Of a stretch of 35,863 bases of DNA, positions 1 through 7,906 are shown in pieces. This DNA is from a virus (Duplodnaviria > Caudoviricetes). The notes beneath the pieces are model-generated. The model was not told the DNA's origin, made no database searches, and saw only the letters and a list, made by a program, of their open reading frames with translations. Both the position numbers and the translations under genes were made by a program. The stretch spans positions 1-35,863 of the IMG/VR virus record IMGVR_UViG_3300005573_000194; one strand, given 5' to 3'. Numbering within the stretch: position 1 is the stretch's first letter; the number at the start of each line of letters is the position of its first letter.

Positions 1-61
1 AGCAACTCGTAAAAATAAAAAAGGTGCGTTAGCTGAAAGACTGCGAAGAGCAGGATACTAA
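1..61 (+). CDS. 3' end of upstream gene, probably capsid scaffolding protein (partial)
   Basis: Frame reads ATRKNKKGALAERLRRAGY* (TAA 59-61); lies between portal (window end) and MCP if the genome is circularly permuted. Confidence 0.45.
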   Translation, partial: ATRKNKKGALAERLRRAGY

Positions 62-500
62 CCATCTTTTTTTTGATTACGAGTATTTTTGATTTGGAAA
101 GTGTGGCAGCGGAGGTTCTCCCAGCCTTTCCGTTTTCCTTGACAACAAGGTTTGCGGAGAAAAACGGCTTAACAATTGGGAGGGCGACCGAGACTCATCC
201 AGACGCTGACTAAAAAAGAAGAAATACTTTTATAGAAGTGAAAAACCCAAGCACACTCCTCGTGCCAGGAAACAGAGGAGAGATGGGGGAGAGATAGGGA
301 GAAACTAGGGAGAAACAAGGTAGGATTGTAGGTAGGTGTCAACATCTTGACAGCGGAGGAAAGATCGAGGGAAGCCAAGGGCATCAAGCACCGTAAGAGT
401 AGAGTAAGAGGGGGGAGGGGGAGGCATTATAGAGACGTCTATTAATGTAAAGTTGAGGCTAAAAATAATAACAATTTACGACGTCTTATTTAAAAAAAGA
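62..500. other. Unexplained purine-skewed, structured intergenic region
   Basis: Strong G/A skew on + strand at 265-425, G6AG5 tract 410-421, several nested inverted repeats, no convincing long ORF. Confidence 0.4.
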
Positions 501-501
501 A

Positions 502-876
502 TTAAGTAGCCCACAGTTTTTCACGAGGACACCACTTTACTTCTATTTGATATTCTTTTACCAGTCTTTTAATGATGGAGGCAGTTAGTTTTAATCTTTC
601 TTCTTTTACTTTATAATTCTCCATAGCAATTCCAACCATAAGTTTACTATCAGAATAAATAGTCTTTATTCCTCTTTTGTAAGCCTCAATTATAGCAGTA
701 AGTAAAGCAAATAGTTCAGCCTCATTATTAGTATTATCATCACTATCAAGAGAAAGTATCATTCTATCAGTTGGAGAAAAATTAATTTTAGCCGTTGCTC
801 TTCCACGGGGATGACTTACCTTAAAAAAGAAGGGATTTACAACTAAACCTCCATCACAATGTATCGCTTTTTCCAT
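502..876 (-). CDS. rnhA: Ribonuclease HI-like protein
   Basis: Motifs IHCDGG, TNNEAELFAL, IYSDSKL and WCPRE match type 1 RNase H acidic catalytic residues. Confidence 0.85.
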   Translation of the reverse strand: MEKAIHCDGGLVVNPFFFKVSHPRGRATAKINFSPTDRMILSLDSDDNTNNEAELFALLTAIIEAYKRGIKTIYSDSKLMVGIAMENYKVKEERLKLTASIIKRLVKEYQIEVKWCPREKLWAT

Positions 877-913
877 TTGATTACCTTATAAGTATACCAT
901 AAAAAAATTCCTC

Positions 914-944
914 TTGAAAACCCCCCTAACTACTTCGTTATAAT
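914..944 (+). promoter_or_regulatory. Class-1 (putative late) promoter for MCP
   Basis: TTGAAA(914-919)-ACCCC-19-bp spacer-TATAAT(939-944); one of six copies. Confidence 0.8.
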
Positions 945-1057
945 TGTCTTGGTCTTTGGTAGTCTGATGCTCCGACTATAAACCGAGCACAAACTTCTAA
1001 AAATCTCCAAAAGACTTCATTATTCTTTTTTATGCAATTAAAAGGGGGTGAATTACT

Positions 1058-1519
1058 ATGGCATGGGGAAAAACAACTTATCAAGCACCTAACGAAATGC
1101 GTGAGTCTCTTTTGTCAATCATAAGAGATATATCGCCCAATGAGGACAATTATTTTGTCTCAAACCTTGACAAAGGTAGCCCTGCTCTTCAAACCTATCA
1201 CGAGTGGAATATTTTTCACGAGGATAGAGTAACATCAGTGACAGCAAAAGCAGAGGGAGCTGATACCTCCTATACTGATTTGCAAGCTGAATCAAGAGCC
1301 GGCAACTACACCGTTATTGTTGATAGTCCAGTAAGACTTTCCCGAACCAAAGCATCTATTGCTATGGTTACCAAACAAGACGCTTTAGGCGTTGAAAAGG
1401 AAAGAGCTTTACGAAGACTAAAAAACAAGATGGAGTATCTTTTAGTCAATGGTTCATTGGCGGCTGGTGCGACTGATACGGCTCGTGGAATGGCTGGTAT
1501 CGATGCATTCATTACCTCT
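1058..1519 (+). CDS. Major capsid protein, exon 1 (SU10/DUF5309-like, HK97 fold)
   Basis: SD GGGGGTG upstream; motifs SIIRDISP, HEW, AEGAD, GNYT, GMAGIDAFITS; joins exon 2 in frame (FITS|NVTA), giving 309 aa. Confidence 0.85.
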
Positions 1520-2365
1520 AAAAAAGTTGGAGGAGTATCTATACCCAAAACGCACAAATGTTTTAATTGTGGAAAAGAATTTAGACACAGATCTGGTAAA
1601 AAACATCAGTTTAATAAATTTTGTTCAAGAGAATGTTCTGCTAAATATTCTGGAAAAATACTTGAAAAAGAAAATTCTCCACATTGGAAAAAAGAGATGA
1701 TAAGGGTAAAGAAATGCTTAAATTGTGGTGTGGAAATTAGAAATGTTCCCTTAAAGGATATTCTTATTGAAAAACAAAAACATTCTGATGTTGTTTTTAC
1801 CAGTAGAGCAATAACTGAGTTCCAAAAACAAAAGTTTTGTTCAATGGAGTGTTCTATTAAAGCAAGAGTTTATAAAAAAGGCAAAAACCATCCTAATTGG
1901 AGAGGAGGAAAAAGTGAGTTAAGAAATACTTTAAGTGTTAATTCTAAATATAAAGAATGGAGGAAGGCTATTTTTGAAAGAGACAACTACACTTGTCAAA
2001 TGTGTGGTAAAAGGGGTGGTTTACTTCAAGCAGACCACATAAAACCATTTGCCTTAATTGTTCGTGAAAATGGGATAAAAGATGTGGAGGACGCTTTAAA
2101 ATGTAAAGAACTTTGGGATATCAACAATGGCAGAACCTTGTGTATAAATTGTCATAGAAAAACATTTATATTTTTAGGAAATCAATTTAAGGGTGTAGAT
2201 ATTGAAAATTGGGTGAATTCGGTGAAGCCCAGAACGGGTAACACCGAGCCAAGCCAAGAGATTGCGGATAGGCTCTTGGAAGGTGTAGAGACTAGGCTGA
2301 ATAAATATAATGCCACAGCACCCATCCGAAAGGAAAGATATAGTCCGACACCTATAGGAATATAG
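1520..2365 (+). CDS. Intron-encoded HNH homing endonuclease, in frame with MCP exon 1
   Basis: Two CxxC...FCSxxC zinc ribbons, GKNHPNWRGG, WRKAIFERDNYTCQMCG, ADHIKP, NGRTLCINCH. Confidence 0.88.
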   Translation, partial: KKVGGVSIPKTHKCFNCGKEFRHRSGKKHQFNKFCSRECSAKYSGKILEKENSPHWKKEMIRVKKCLNCGVEIRNVPLKDILIEKQKHSDVVFTSRAITEFQKQKFCSMECSIKARVYKKGKNHPNWRGGKSELRNTLSVNSKYKEWRKAIFERDNYTCQMCGKRGGLLQADHIKPFALIVRENGIKDVEDALKCKELWDINNGRTLCINCHRKTFIFLGNQFKGVDIENWVNSVKPRTGNTEPSQEIADRLLEGVETRLNKYNATAPIRKERYSPTPIGI

Positions 2366-2377
2366 GATTACAGATTG
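1520..2377 (+). mobile_element. Group I self-splicing intron (858 nt) in the MCP gene
   Basis: P1 CCUCU/GGAGG(1529-33) with U.G at the 5' splice site; P10 GUU(1526-28)/AAC(2378-80); P3 2210-15/2319-24; P4 2219-24/2242-47; P6a 2254-60/2273-79; P7 GACUA 2290-94/UAGUC 2341-45; P8 2325-34; P9 2351-66; terminal G2377. Confidence 0.93.
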
Positions 2378-2845
2378 AACGTAACCGCTTATGCCTCAGG
2401 TCAATCATTCACAGAGGAAATATTGAATGATATGGCAAAGACAAGCTGGGATAACGTTGGCTCAAGTTATGTAGCTTCTACATTAGTTGCTCCTGCTGTT
2501 ATTAAACAGAGAGTGGCAACTTTTGGAACCAACTTAACCCGAAATGTCAAAGCTGAAGATAAGAGGCTTACAAACGAGGTTAGAGTGTTTGATACCGACT
2601 TGGGTGTTACGGTTAAAATCCTGGCTCATAAAGACGTCAGAAAAGCGGCAGGAACTTTGACGGCTATGCTTGTCAATGAAGACTTGCACGAAATGTCCTT
2701 CTTGGTCAATACTGGTGAACCTCACTGGGAGGACCGATCAAAGGCTGGCGACTATGTGGCTGGGGTATATATTACCGAGTTCACTCACGTAGCCTATAAC
2801 GAAAAAGCTGATGTAAAGAGAACCGGATTTTCAAGCTCTTTATGA
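2378..2845 (+). CDS. Major capsid protein, exon 2
   Basis: Capsid-like C-terminal half (FTEEILNDM, VFDTDLG, GVYITEFT); begins exactly after the intron terminal G. Confidence 0.85.
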   Translation, partial: NVTAYASGQSFTEEILNDMAKTSWDNVGSSYVASTLVAPAVIKQRVATFGTNLTRNVKAEDKRLTNEVRVFDTDLGVTVKILAHKDVRKAAGTLTAMLVNEDLHEMSFLVNTGEPHWEDRSKAGDYVAGVYITEFTHVAYNEKADVKRTGFSSSL

Positions 2846-2859
2846 TAGGCTTGAGTAGT

Positions 2860-2912
2860 TAAAGAGGAGACTGGCGAAAGAGGAAAATGACTTGAGTAGC
2901 CAGTCTTTTCTG
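2860..2912 (+). terminator. Stem-loop after MCP (terminator or stabiliser)
   Basis: GAGGAGACTGGC pairs with GCCAGTCTTTTC; the 3' arm is U-rich. Confidence 0.5.
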
Positions 2913-2941
2913 TTGACAAAAACGATATACTTTGCTACCAT
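2913..2941 (+). promoter_or_regulatory. Class-2 leaderless promoter
   Basis: TTGACA-17-TACCAT with TG extension, ATG 6 nt downstream; spacer ACGATATACTTTG shared with the 30549 promoter. Confidence 0.75.
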
Positions 2942-2947
2942 TTTTAT

Positions 2948-3340
2948 ATGGCTCTTAATCTTCAAGACTACGATATTATTCCTCCTCATTTATCAGCTTT
3001 GACTTCTTTTATCGTTGAAGCGTGGCAGGGACTGGGAAAACCCACCGATCCGTTATCGGAAGCAGGACAAAAATTAGTTAATTTTGTCTTTGATAGTTAC
3101 GAGGAATTATACCCACAGGAGTATAAGGTTTGGCGGGACAGCATCAAGGAATATCAACTGGCAGAAAAAACTTTAACTGAACAGGTAAGAAAACATACAG
3201 GAAGAAGCCTAATTTCCTATCCTTACTGGGTATTTAGGATATTAAAAAAACTATTTCCCGACTTTGATTTTGTTAAAAGGGAAAATGCCTTAAAAATAGC
3301 CAAGACTTTTAAGCAGTTTCAGGTAGCCAATAAAGTATGA
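2948..3340 (+). CDS. Hypothetical protein
   Basis: 130-aa ORF behind a promoter, ATGA-coupled to the next gene. Confidence 0.75.
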   Translation: MALNLQDYDIIPPHLSALTSFIVEAWQGLGKPTDPLSEAGQKLVNFVFDSYEELYPQEYKVWRDSIKEYQLAEKTLTEQVRKHTGRSLISYPYWVFRILKKLFPDFDFVKRENALKIAKTFKQFQVANKV

Positions 3341-5097
3341 GAATAGCCTTATCTGTCATTGCCAAAGGAGATGAGGAGCTTGAGAACTTAAAAAAGTGTG
3401 TTGCCTCATTTTTGCCTGCGGTAGATGGGGTGTTTATTACCGCCAATGGTAAAAAAACAGAAAAAACAAAGGCGTGGTGTAAAGAAAATGGGTTTAATTA
3501 CTCCTATTTGGCGTGGAATGATGATTTTTCAGCCCAAAGAAATTTTAACTTCTCACAGATTAGGGGTTTCGATATGATTTTGTGGTCGGATAGTGACGAC
3601 ATTTTAATCGGAGCAGACAAATTAAGAGAAGTCGCCGAGATTTCCTATAAGAACGGCTTTGATTGTGTCTTTTTTACCTACTATTACGGTTGTCTTTTTG
3701 ACGGCGAACCTACTTTTGAGAATATAAAACACGTTGATTTAATCCAAAAGCGGGAAAGACTTTTGAAACCAAATGTTTTTGTCTGGAAGGGAAGACTGCA
3801 CGAAACACCCGTTCCTATTGACAACTACCAACCACGTTATACCTATGTCCCTTACTCAAAAGACTATCCGATTGTTTATCTTCACACCGAAGCAGACCGA
3901 AACCCTAATGCTCCAAAAAATATAGAACGGATGGAAAGAAACAAAAGGATTTTAGAACTTCAGTTAAAAGAGGAGCGGGAAAAAGGACAGGCTGACCCAC
4001 GAACTCTACTTTATTTAATGAAAATCTATGTAGAACTTCAAGATCAGGAGTTATGGCAGAAGTGTATTGAGATGGGCTATGAATATCTGTCAAAATCAGG
4101 CTGGGACGAAGAGCGGGCAGTTTGTTATCAGTTGATGAGCAAATGTTATAGCCAGCTTGGAGATAATAAGAAAGCGGAAGAGTCAATAAGAGGGGCGATT
4201 AAAGAATATCCTTACGAGCCACTCTTATATCTTTATTTAACAAAATATCTTTTTAATCAGGGCAAATATAATGAGATGGAGCACTGGCTTAAAATAGCCG
4301 TGTCAATGGAGGAAAAAGATGCGTCCCAAATGAATAACGAGATGGAGAAAAAAATACTCGGGGCAGAGTTAACTTTTAAGTTTGAGTATTATGTAAAGCG
4401 GGATATCAGGAAGGCTTATCGGGCGATTAAATATCTTTATGATGTATCACCTACCAAAGATGTCTATTTTTTACTTGAGGAAGTTAAAAGATTAAAAGAG
4501 TTGGATGAGGCAAGCGAGCAAACCCACAAACTTATTAAGTATTTGGAAGATAAAGACAAGGAAGAACAAATTATACCGCTTATTCAATCTTTACCAACAG
4601 AAATCACCAATCTTGAGTTTGCTTATTATTACTTTAATAAGTATAAACGCCCACGAGTTTGGAAAGAAAATGAGATTTGCTACTATGCTTATTTAGGACA
4701 ACATTTTGAAAAATGGTCTCCTTTATCATTAAATACAGGAATTGGTGGTTCGGAAACGGCAGTGATTAAACTATCTAAGGAGTGGGCTAAAAAAGGATAT
4801 GTGGTTGTGGTTTATGCGGATGTAGAAAAAGAAGGAGTGTATGATAATGTTATTTGGCTGCCAGGATACAAGTTTAATCCTCGTGATAGATTTAATATTT
4901 TTATTCAGTGGCGGTCTTCTTCTTTGGCGGGGAAAATAAAAGCAAAGAAGTTTTTGGTTGACTTACACGACTTATATTCACCGCAGGCTATCAACTGGGA
5001 TAAGATAGATTATGTTATGGTAAAAAGCGAGTATCATAAAAGTTTGGCGGGTAAAGAAAATTATCAGAAAATAAAAGTTATATCAAATGGAGTATGA
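3337..5097 (+). CDS. GT2 glycosyltransferase + TPR repeats + N-terminal half of a GT-B (GT4-like) domain
   Basis: WNDDFSAQRN, WSDSDD (DxD), WKGRLHE, TPR-like helices, then GIGGSETAV...IKVISNGV. Confidence 0.88.
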   Translation: MRIALSVIAKGDEELENLKKCVASFLPAVDGVFITANGKKTEKTKAWCKENGFNYSYLAWNDDFSAQRNFNFSQIRGFDMILWSDSDDILIGADKLREVAEISYKNGFDCVFFTYYYGCLFDGEPTFENIKHVDLIQKRERLLKPNVFVWKGRLHETPVPIDNYQPRYTYVPYSKDYPIVYLHTEADRNPNAPKNIERMERNKRILELQLKEEREKGQADPRTLLYLMKIYVELQDQELWQKCIEMGYEYLSKSGWDEERAVCYQLMSKCYSQLGDNKKAEESIRGAIKEYPYEPLLYLYLTKYLFNQGKYNEMEHWLKIAVSMEEKDASQMNNEMEKKILGAELTFKFEYYVKRDIRKAYRAIKYLYDVSPTKDVYFLLEEVKRLKELDEASEQTHKLIKYLEDKDKEEQIIPLIQSLPTEITNLEFAYYYFNKYKRPRVWKENEICYYAYLGQHFEKWSPLSLNTGIGGSETAVIKLSKEWAKKGYVVVVYADVEKEGVYDNVIWLPGYKFNPRDRFNIFIQWRSSSLAGKIKAKKFLVDLHDLYSPQAINWDKIDYVMVKSEYHKSLAGKENYQKIKVISNGV

Positions 5098-6617
5098 GAC
5101 ATCATAATTTGTTATATACCTCATCTTACGATAGAGGGCTTGATATATTGCTCTATTTATGGAGCGATATTAAAAAAGAAGTGCCGGATGCCAAACTTTT
5201 TATTGCTTACGGGTGGGATTTGTTTGATATTGTCGCAAGAGGAAATCCAGAGCGTCAAGAGTGGAAACGGGGAGTTGAACTTTTAATGCAACAGAAAGAC
5301 GTTTATCATTTAGGCAGGATTGGGAAAGAGGAGTTAAAGAAAGTAAGGCAACAATGCGGTATTTTAGCCTATCTATCCTATTTTTTAGAAATCAACTGTC
5401 TTTCAATTATAGAAGGAGCAAAAGAAGGAGTAGTGCCAGTATCAGTTGATATCGGAGCAATTAAAGAAACATTAAATCACGGAATTTTTATTAAAGGCGA
5501 TATTAGAAAAAAAGAAGTTCAGGAGGAATATAAAAAGGCTTTGATAGGCTTAATGAAAAATAAAAAAGAGTGGGAAAGGCTATCCTACCGCTGTCAAAAA
5601 GAAGCAAGAAAGTATGAGATTGATAAAATCGCTGATAAGTGGATAGATGTTTTTAATGAAAAGACAAAGGATGTTAAAGTCTCAATCATTACTCCAACAA
5701 TAAGGGAGGGGTTTTGGGATAGTATGGCAAAAAATATCTCATCGCAATCATATAAAAATATAGAGTGGATAATCGTTGATGATTATAAAGAGGATAGAGG
5801 TAAAACTGCTCAAAAATACGCTCAAAAATACAATCTTGATATTAGGTATATTAGGGGTGACAAAGCAAAAGGAGTGTATAAAAGAAGACTGGGGTTGGTT
5901 AGAGCCAATAATTTAGGCTGGAAAGCATCAACAGGTGAACTTCTTGTCTGGCTTCAAGACTTTGTTTATATGGATACGGATGCTATTGAAAGTATCGTTG
6001 ACTTATACCGCCATAATAAAGATTGCTTAATAGCCCCAGTTGATATTTATTACGAGCCGATAAATGTTGATAAGACTAATAAAGAGGATTGGTTTAACGG
6101 AGAGGCTTATCAAGGAAAAAAGGTTTGGAAGAATGTCAGAGTGCAATATCACGGTATCAGAGAAAGTACAAATCCCTATGATTTCGAAATGAACTTTGGG
6201 GCAATACCAAAACATATTTTAGATAAACTAAATGGCTTCTGGGAATTTTTTGATGAAGGGCTGGGTGGGGATAATTTGGAATTATGTCTTCGGGCAATGA
6301 AATTGGGTTATAAACTTTTAATTGACGATAGTATTATTAGCAGGTGTCTTAATTTATGGCAGGTAATAAAAGGAAGCCCTCTTAATATATCAGGACGTGA
6401 TAGGCTTCTTAATCCACCACGTTATATATGGATGATAAGACAAATAGAGAAGGGGAAATTACCGATTGTAAGAGATGAAAAAATAGATGATAAAATCAAT
6501 CTTTATTACGAAATACCAAAAGAGATAAAAGATGAGGATTGTGCTAAATGGATTGAAAACCGCCAGCAAGAAATAGTAAAATCTTGGGAAGGGGGTGAGA
6601 AAATATGGCAAAAATGA
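5094..6617 (+). CDS. C-terminal half of a GT-B domain fused to a GT2 glycosyltransferase
   Basis: YTSSYDRGL, EINCLSIIEG (Ex7E), then VSIITPT, EWIIVDD, RANNLG, GELLVWLQD. Confidence 0.88.
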   Translation: MRHHNLLYTSSYDRGLDILLYLWSDIKKEVPDAKLFIAYGWDLFDIVARGNPERQEWKRGVELLMQQKDVYHLGRIGKEELKKVRQQCGILAYLSYFLEINCLSIIEGAKEGVVPVSVDIGAIKETLNHGIFIKGDIRKKEVQEEYKKALIGLMKNKKEWERLSYRCQKEARKYEIDKIADKWIDVFNEKTKDVKVSIITPTIREGFWDSMAKNISSQSYKNIEWIIVDDYKEDRGKTAQKYAQKYNLDIRYIRGDKAKGVYKRRLGLVRANNLGWKASTGELLVWLQDFVYMDTDAIESIVDLYRHNKDCLIAPVDIYYEPINVDKTNKEDWFNGEAYQGKKVWKNVRVQYHGIRESTNPYDFEMNFGAIPKHILDKLNGFWEFFDEGLGGDNLELCLRAMKLGYKLLIDDSIISRCLNLWQVIKGSPLNISGRDRLLNPPRYIWMIRQIEKGKLPIVRDEKIDDKINLYYEIPKEIKDEDCAKWIENRQQEIVKSWEGGEKIWQK

Positions 6618-6787
6618 AACCAAAAGGAAAAAAGGGCAGAGCAATGGTTAAAAAATTGGGCAGAACTTATAAAACAGGTGGTTTTGCCAAAATAGCCAGA
6701 AAAGCGGCTAAAAAATATGGTTCAAAACAAGCAGGAAAAAGAGTAGCCGCCGCTATTTACTGGAAAATGGCAAGAAAGAGGGGGTGA
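6605..6787 (+). CDS. Small highly basic protein (possible virion DNA-binding protein)
   Basis: 60 aa, K/R-rich, SD GGGGGTG upstream. Confidence 0.7.
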   Translation: MAKMKPKGKKGRAMVKKLGRTYKTGGFAKIARKAAKKYGSKQAGKRVAAAIYWKMARKRG

Positions 6788-6791
6788 GACT

Positions 6792-6905
6792 ATGCCTTTC
6801 AAGTCAGTTCGCCAACGCACTTGGATGATGATAAATAAACCTGAAATATACAGGCGTTGGAAGAAAAAGTATGGGACAAAAATTAGAAAATCAAAAAGGA
6901 AATAG
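6792..6905 (+). CDS. Small basic MPFKS-type phage protein (not in ORF track)
   Basis: MPFKSVRQRTWMMINKPEIYRRWKKKYGTKIRKSKRK*, SD GGGGGTG upstream. Confidence 0.7.
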   Translation: MPFKSVRQRTWMMINKPEIYRRWKKKYGTKIRKSKRK

Positions 6906-7320
6906 AGTTATTACTCTTGGCACTTTTGATCTACTTCACACAGGTCATCTTCGGCTATTTAAGAAATGCCGACAACTTGGCGATTATCTTATTATTGGTC
7001 TTAATACTGATGAGTTTGTAGCAAAGTTTAAAGGAAAACCACCGATTATGAGTTATCAGGAAAGAAAAGAGTTAATTTTAGAGACAGGATTGGTAGACCA
7101 CGTTGTTCCAAACAGCCAAGAGGACGGGACAATAAAAGATGTTATTGAAAAAGTAAATCCTGGTATTATTGTCGTTGGTTCTGACTGGGCAAGAAGAGAT
7201 TACCTTAAACAAATAGGACTGGACTGGGATTATCTTGATAAAAAGGGAATTTGGCTTTGCTATGTTAATTATGAGTGGGTTATATCAACCACCGAGTTAA
7301 AAAGGAGGCTTTTACAATGA
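6871..7320 (+). CDS. Cytidylyltransferase (glycerol-3-phosphate cytidylyltransferase-like)
   Basis: GTFDLLHTGH (HxGH), GLNTDEF, VGSDW, ISTT. Confidence 0.9.
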   Translation: MGQKLENQKGNRVITLGTFDLLHTGHLRLFKKCRQLGDYLIIGLNTDEFVAKFKGKPPIMSYQERKELILETGLVDHVVPNSQEDGTIKDVIEKVNPGIIVVGSDWARRDYLKQIGLDWDYLDKKGIWLCYVNYEWVISTTELKRRLLQ

Positions 7321-7871
7321 AAACATCCTTAATTGTTCCTCATTATGAGGTTGATAGAGAAAAAGGCGAGTTATTGTTAAAGTTTTTATCTTCTGTATCA
7401 GGACAGTATGATGAACTTATTGTTATTGCTCAAAAAATTGAAAATCTTGCTCATAAAATAAACATAGGACTTCAAAAAGCAAGTGGGGATTTTTTGATTG
7501 TTTCAAACAACGACCTAACTTTAATTAAAGGAACGCTAAATGATTTGTGCGATGAGAGATTTGTTACGACACCTAAAGTAGTTGGAGTTTTAGATAAATT
7601 GTTTCACGGGCATATGTGGTGTATGCCAAGAAAGATTTTTGAAAAAGTAGGTTTAATGTATGAAGGGTATGATGGTTTTTATTACGATGACTCTGATTAC
7701 TGGATGATGATTGAAAGTAAAGGATTTCAGATTGTTAAAAAAGATGTAATTGTCAGCCACCCGACCAGTGCGACTACCTTAAAATATTTCAAAAAAGAGG
7801 GTAGGGAAGAAAAAAATAGACAGATATTTATTTCCCGCTGGGGAGTTGAGGCATTAAGTAAAGTCAGTTGA
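7317..7871 (+). CDS. GT2 glycosyltransferase
   Basis: Start at ATGA overlap 7317 with SD AGGAGG; SLIVPHY, INIGLQKASGDFLIVSNND, YDDSDY. Confidence 0.85.
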   Translation: MKTSLIVPHYEVDREKGELLLKFLSSVSGQYDELIVIAQKIENLAHKINIGLQKASGDFLIVSNNDLTLIKGTLNDLCDERFVTTPKVVGVLDKLFHGHMWCMPRKIFEKVGLMYEGYDGFYYDDSDYWMMIESKGFQIVKKDVIVSHPTSATTLKYFKKEGREEKNRQIFISRWGVEALSKVS

Positions 7872-7898
7872 AAACCCCTATCCATCTTAAATTATAAT
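7868..7898 (+). promoter_or_regulatory. Class-1 promoter (leaderless)
   Basis: TTGAAAACCCC, 19-bp spacer, TATAAT 7893-98; ATG at 7907. Confidence 0.8.
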
Positions 7899-7906
7899 CT
7901 TCTTAT

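Noticed and set aside
169-387. 72-aa minus-strand ORF
   Set aside because: TTG start without initiation signals; low-complexity S/L/P composition explained by strand skew (not fully excluded)
502-876. Retron or diversity-generating retroelement linked to RNase H
   Set aside because: No reverse transcriptase, and no template/variable repeat pair found
1058-2365. Capsid-HNH fusion as the real capsid protein, or an intein
   Set aside because: Group I intron signatures explain it; no intein terminal motifs, and a stop precedes exon 2
2375-2845. Independent gene starting at TTG
   Set aside because: The TTG is the last three intron bases; the ORF is MCP exon 2
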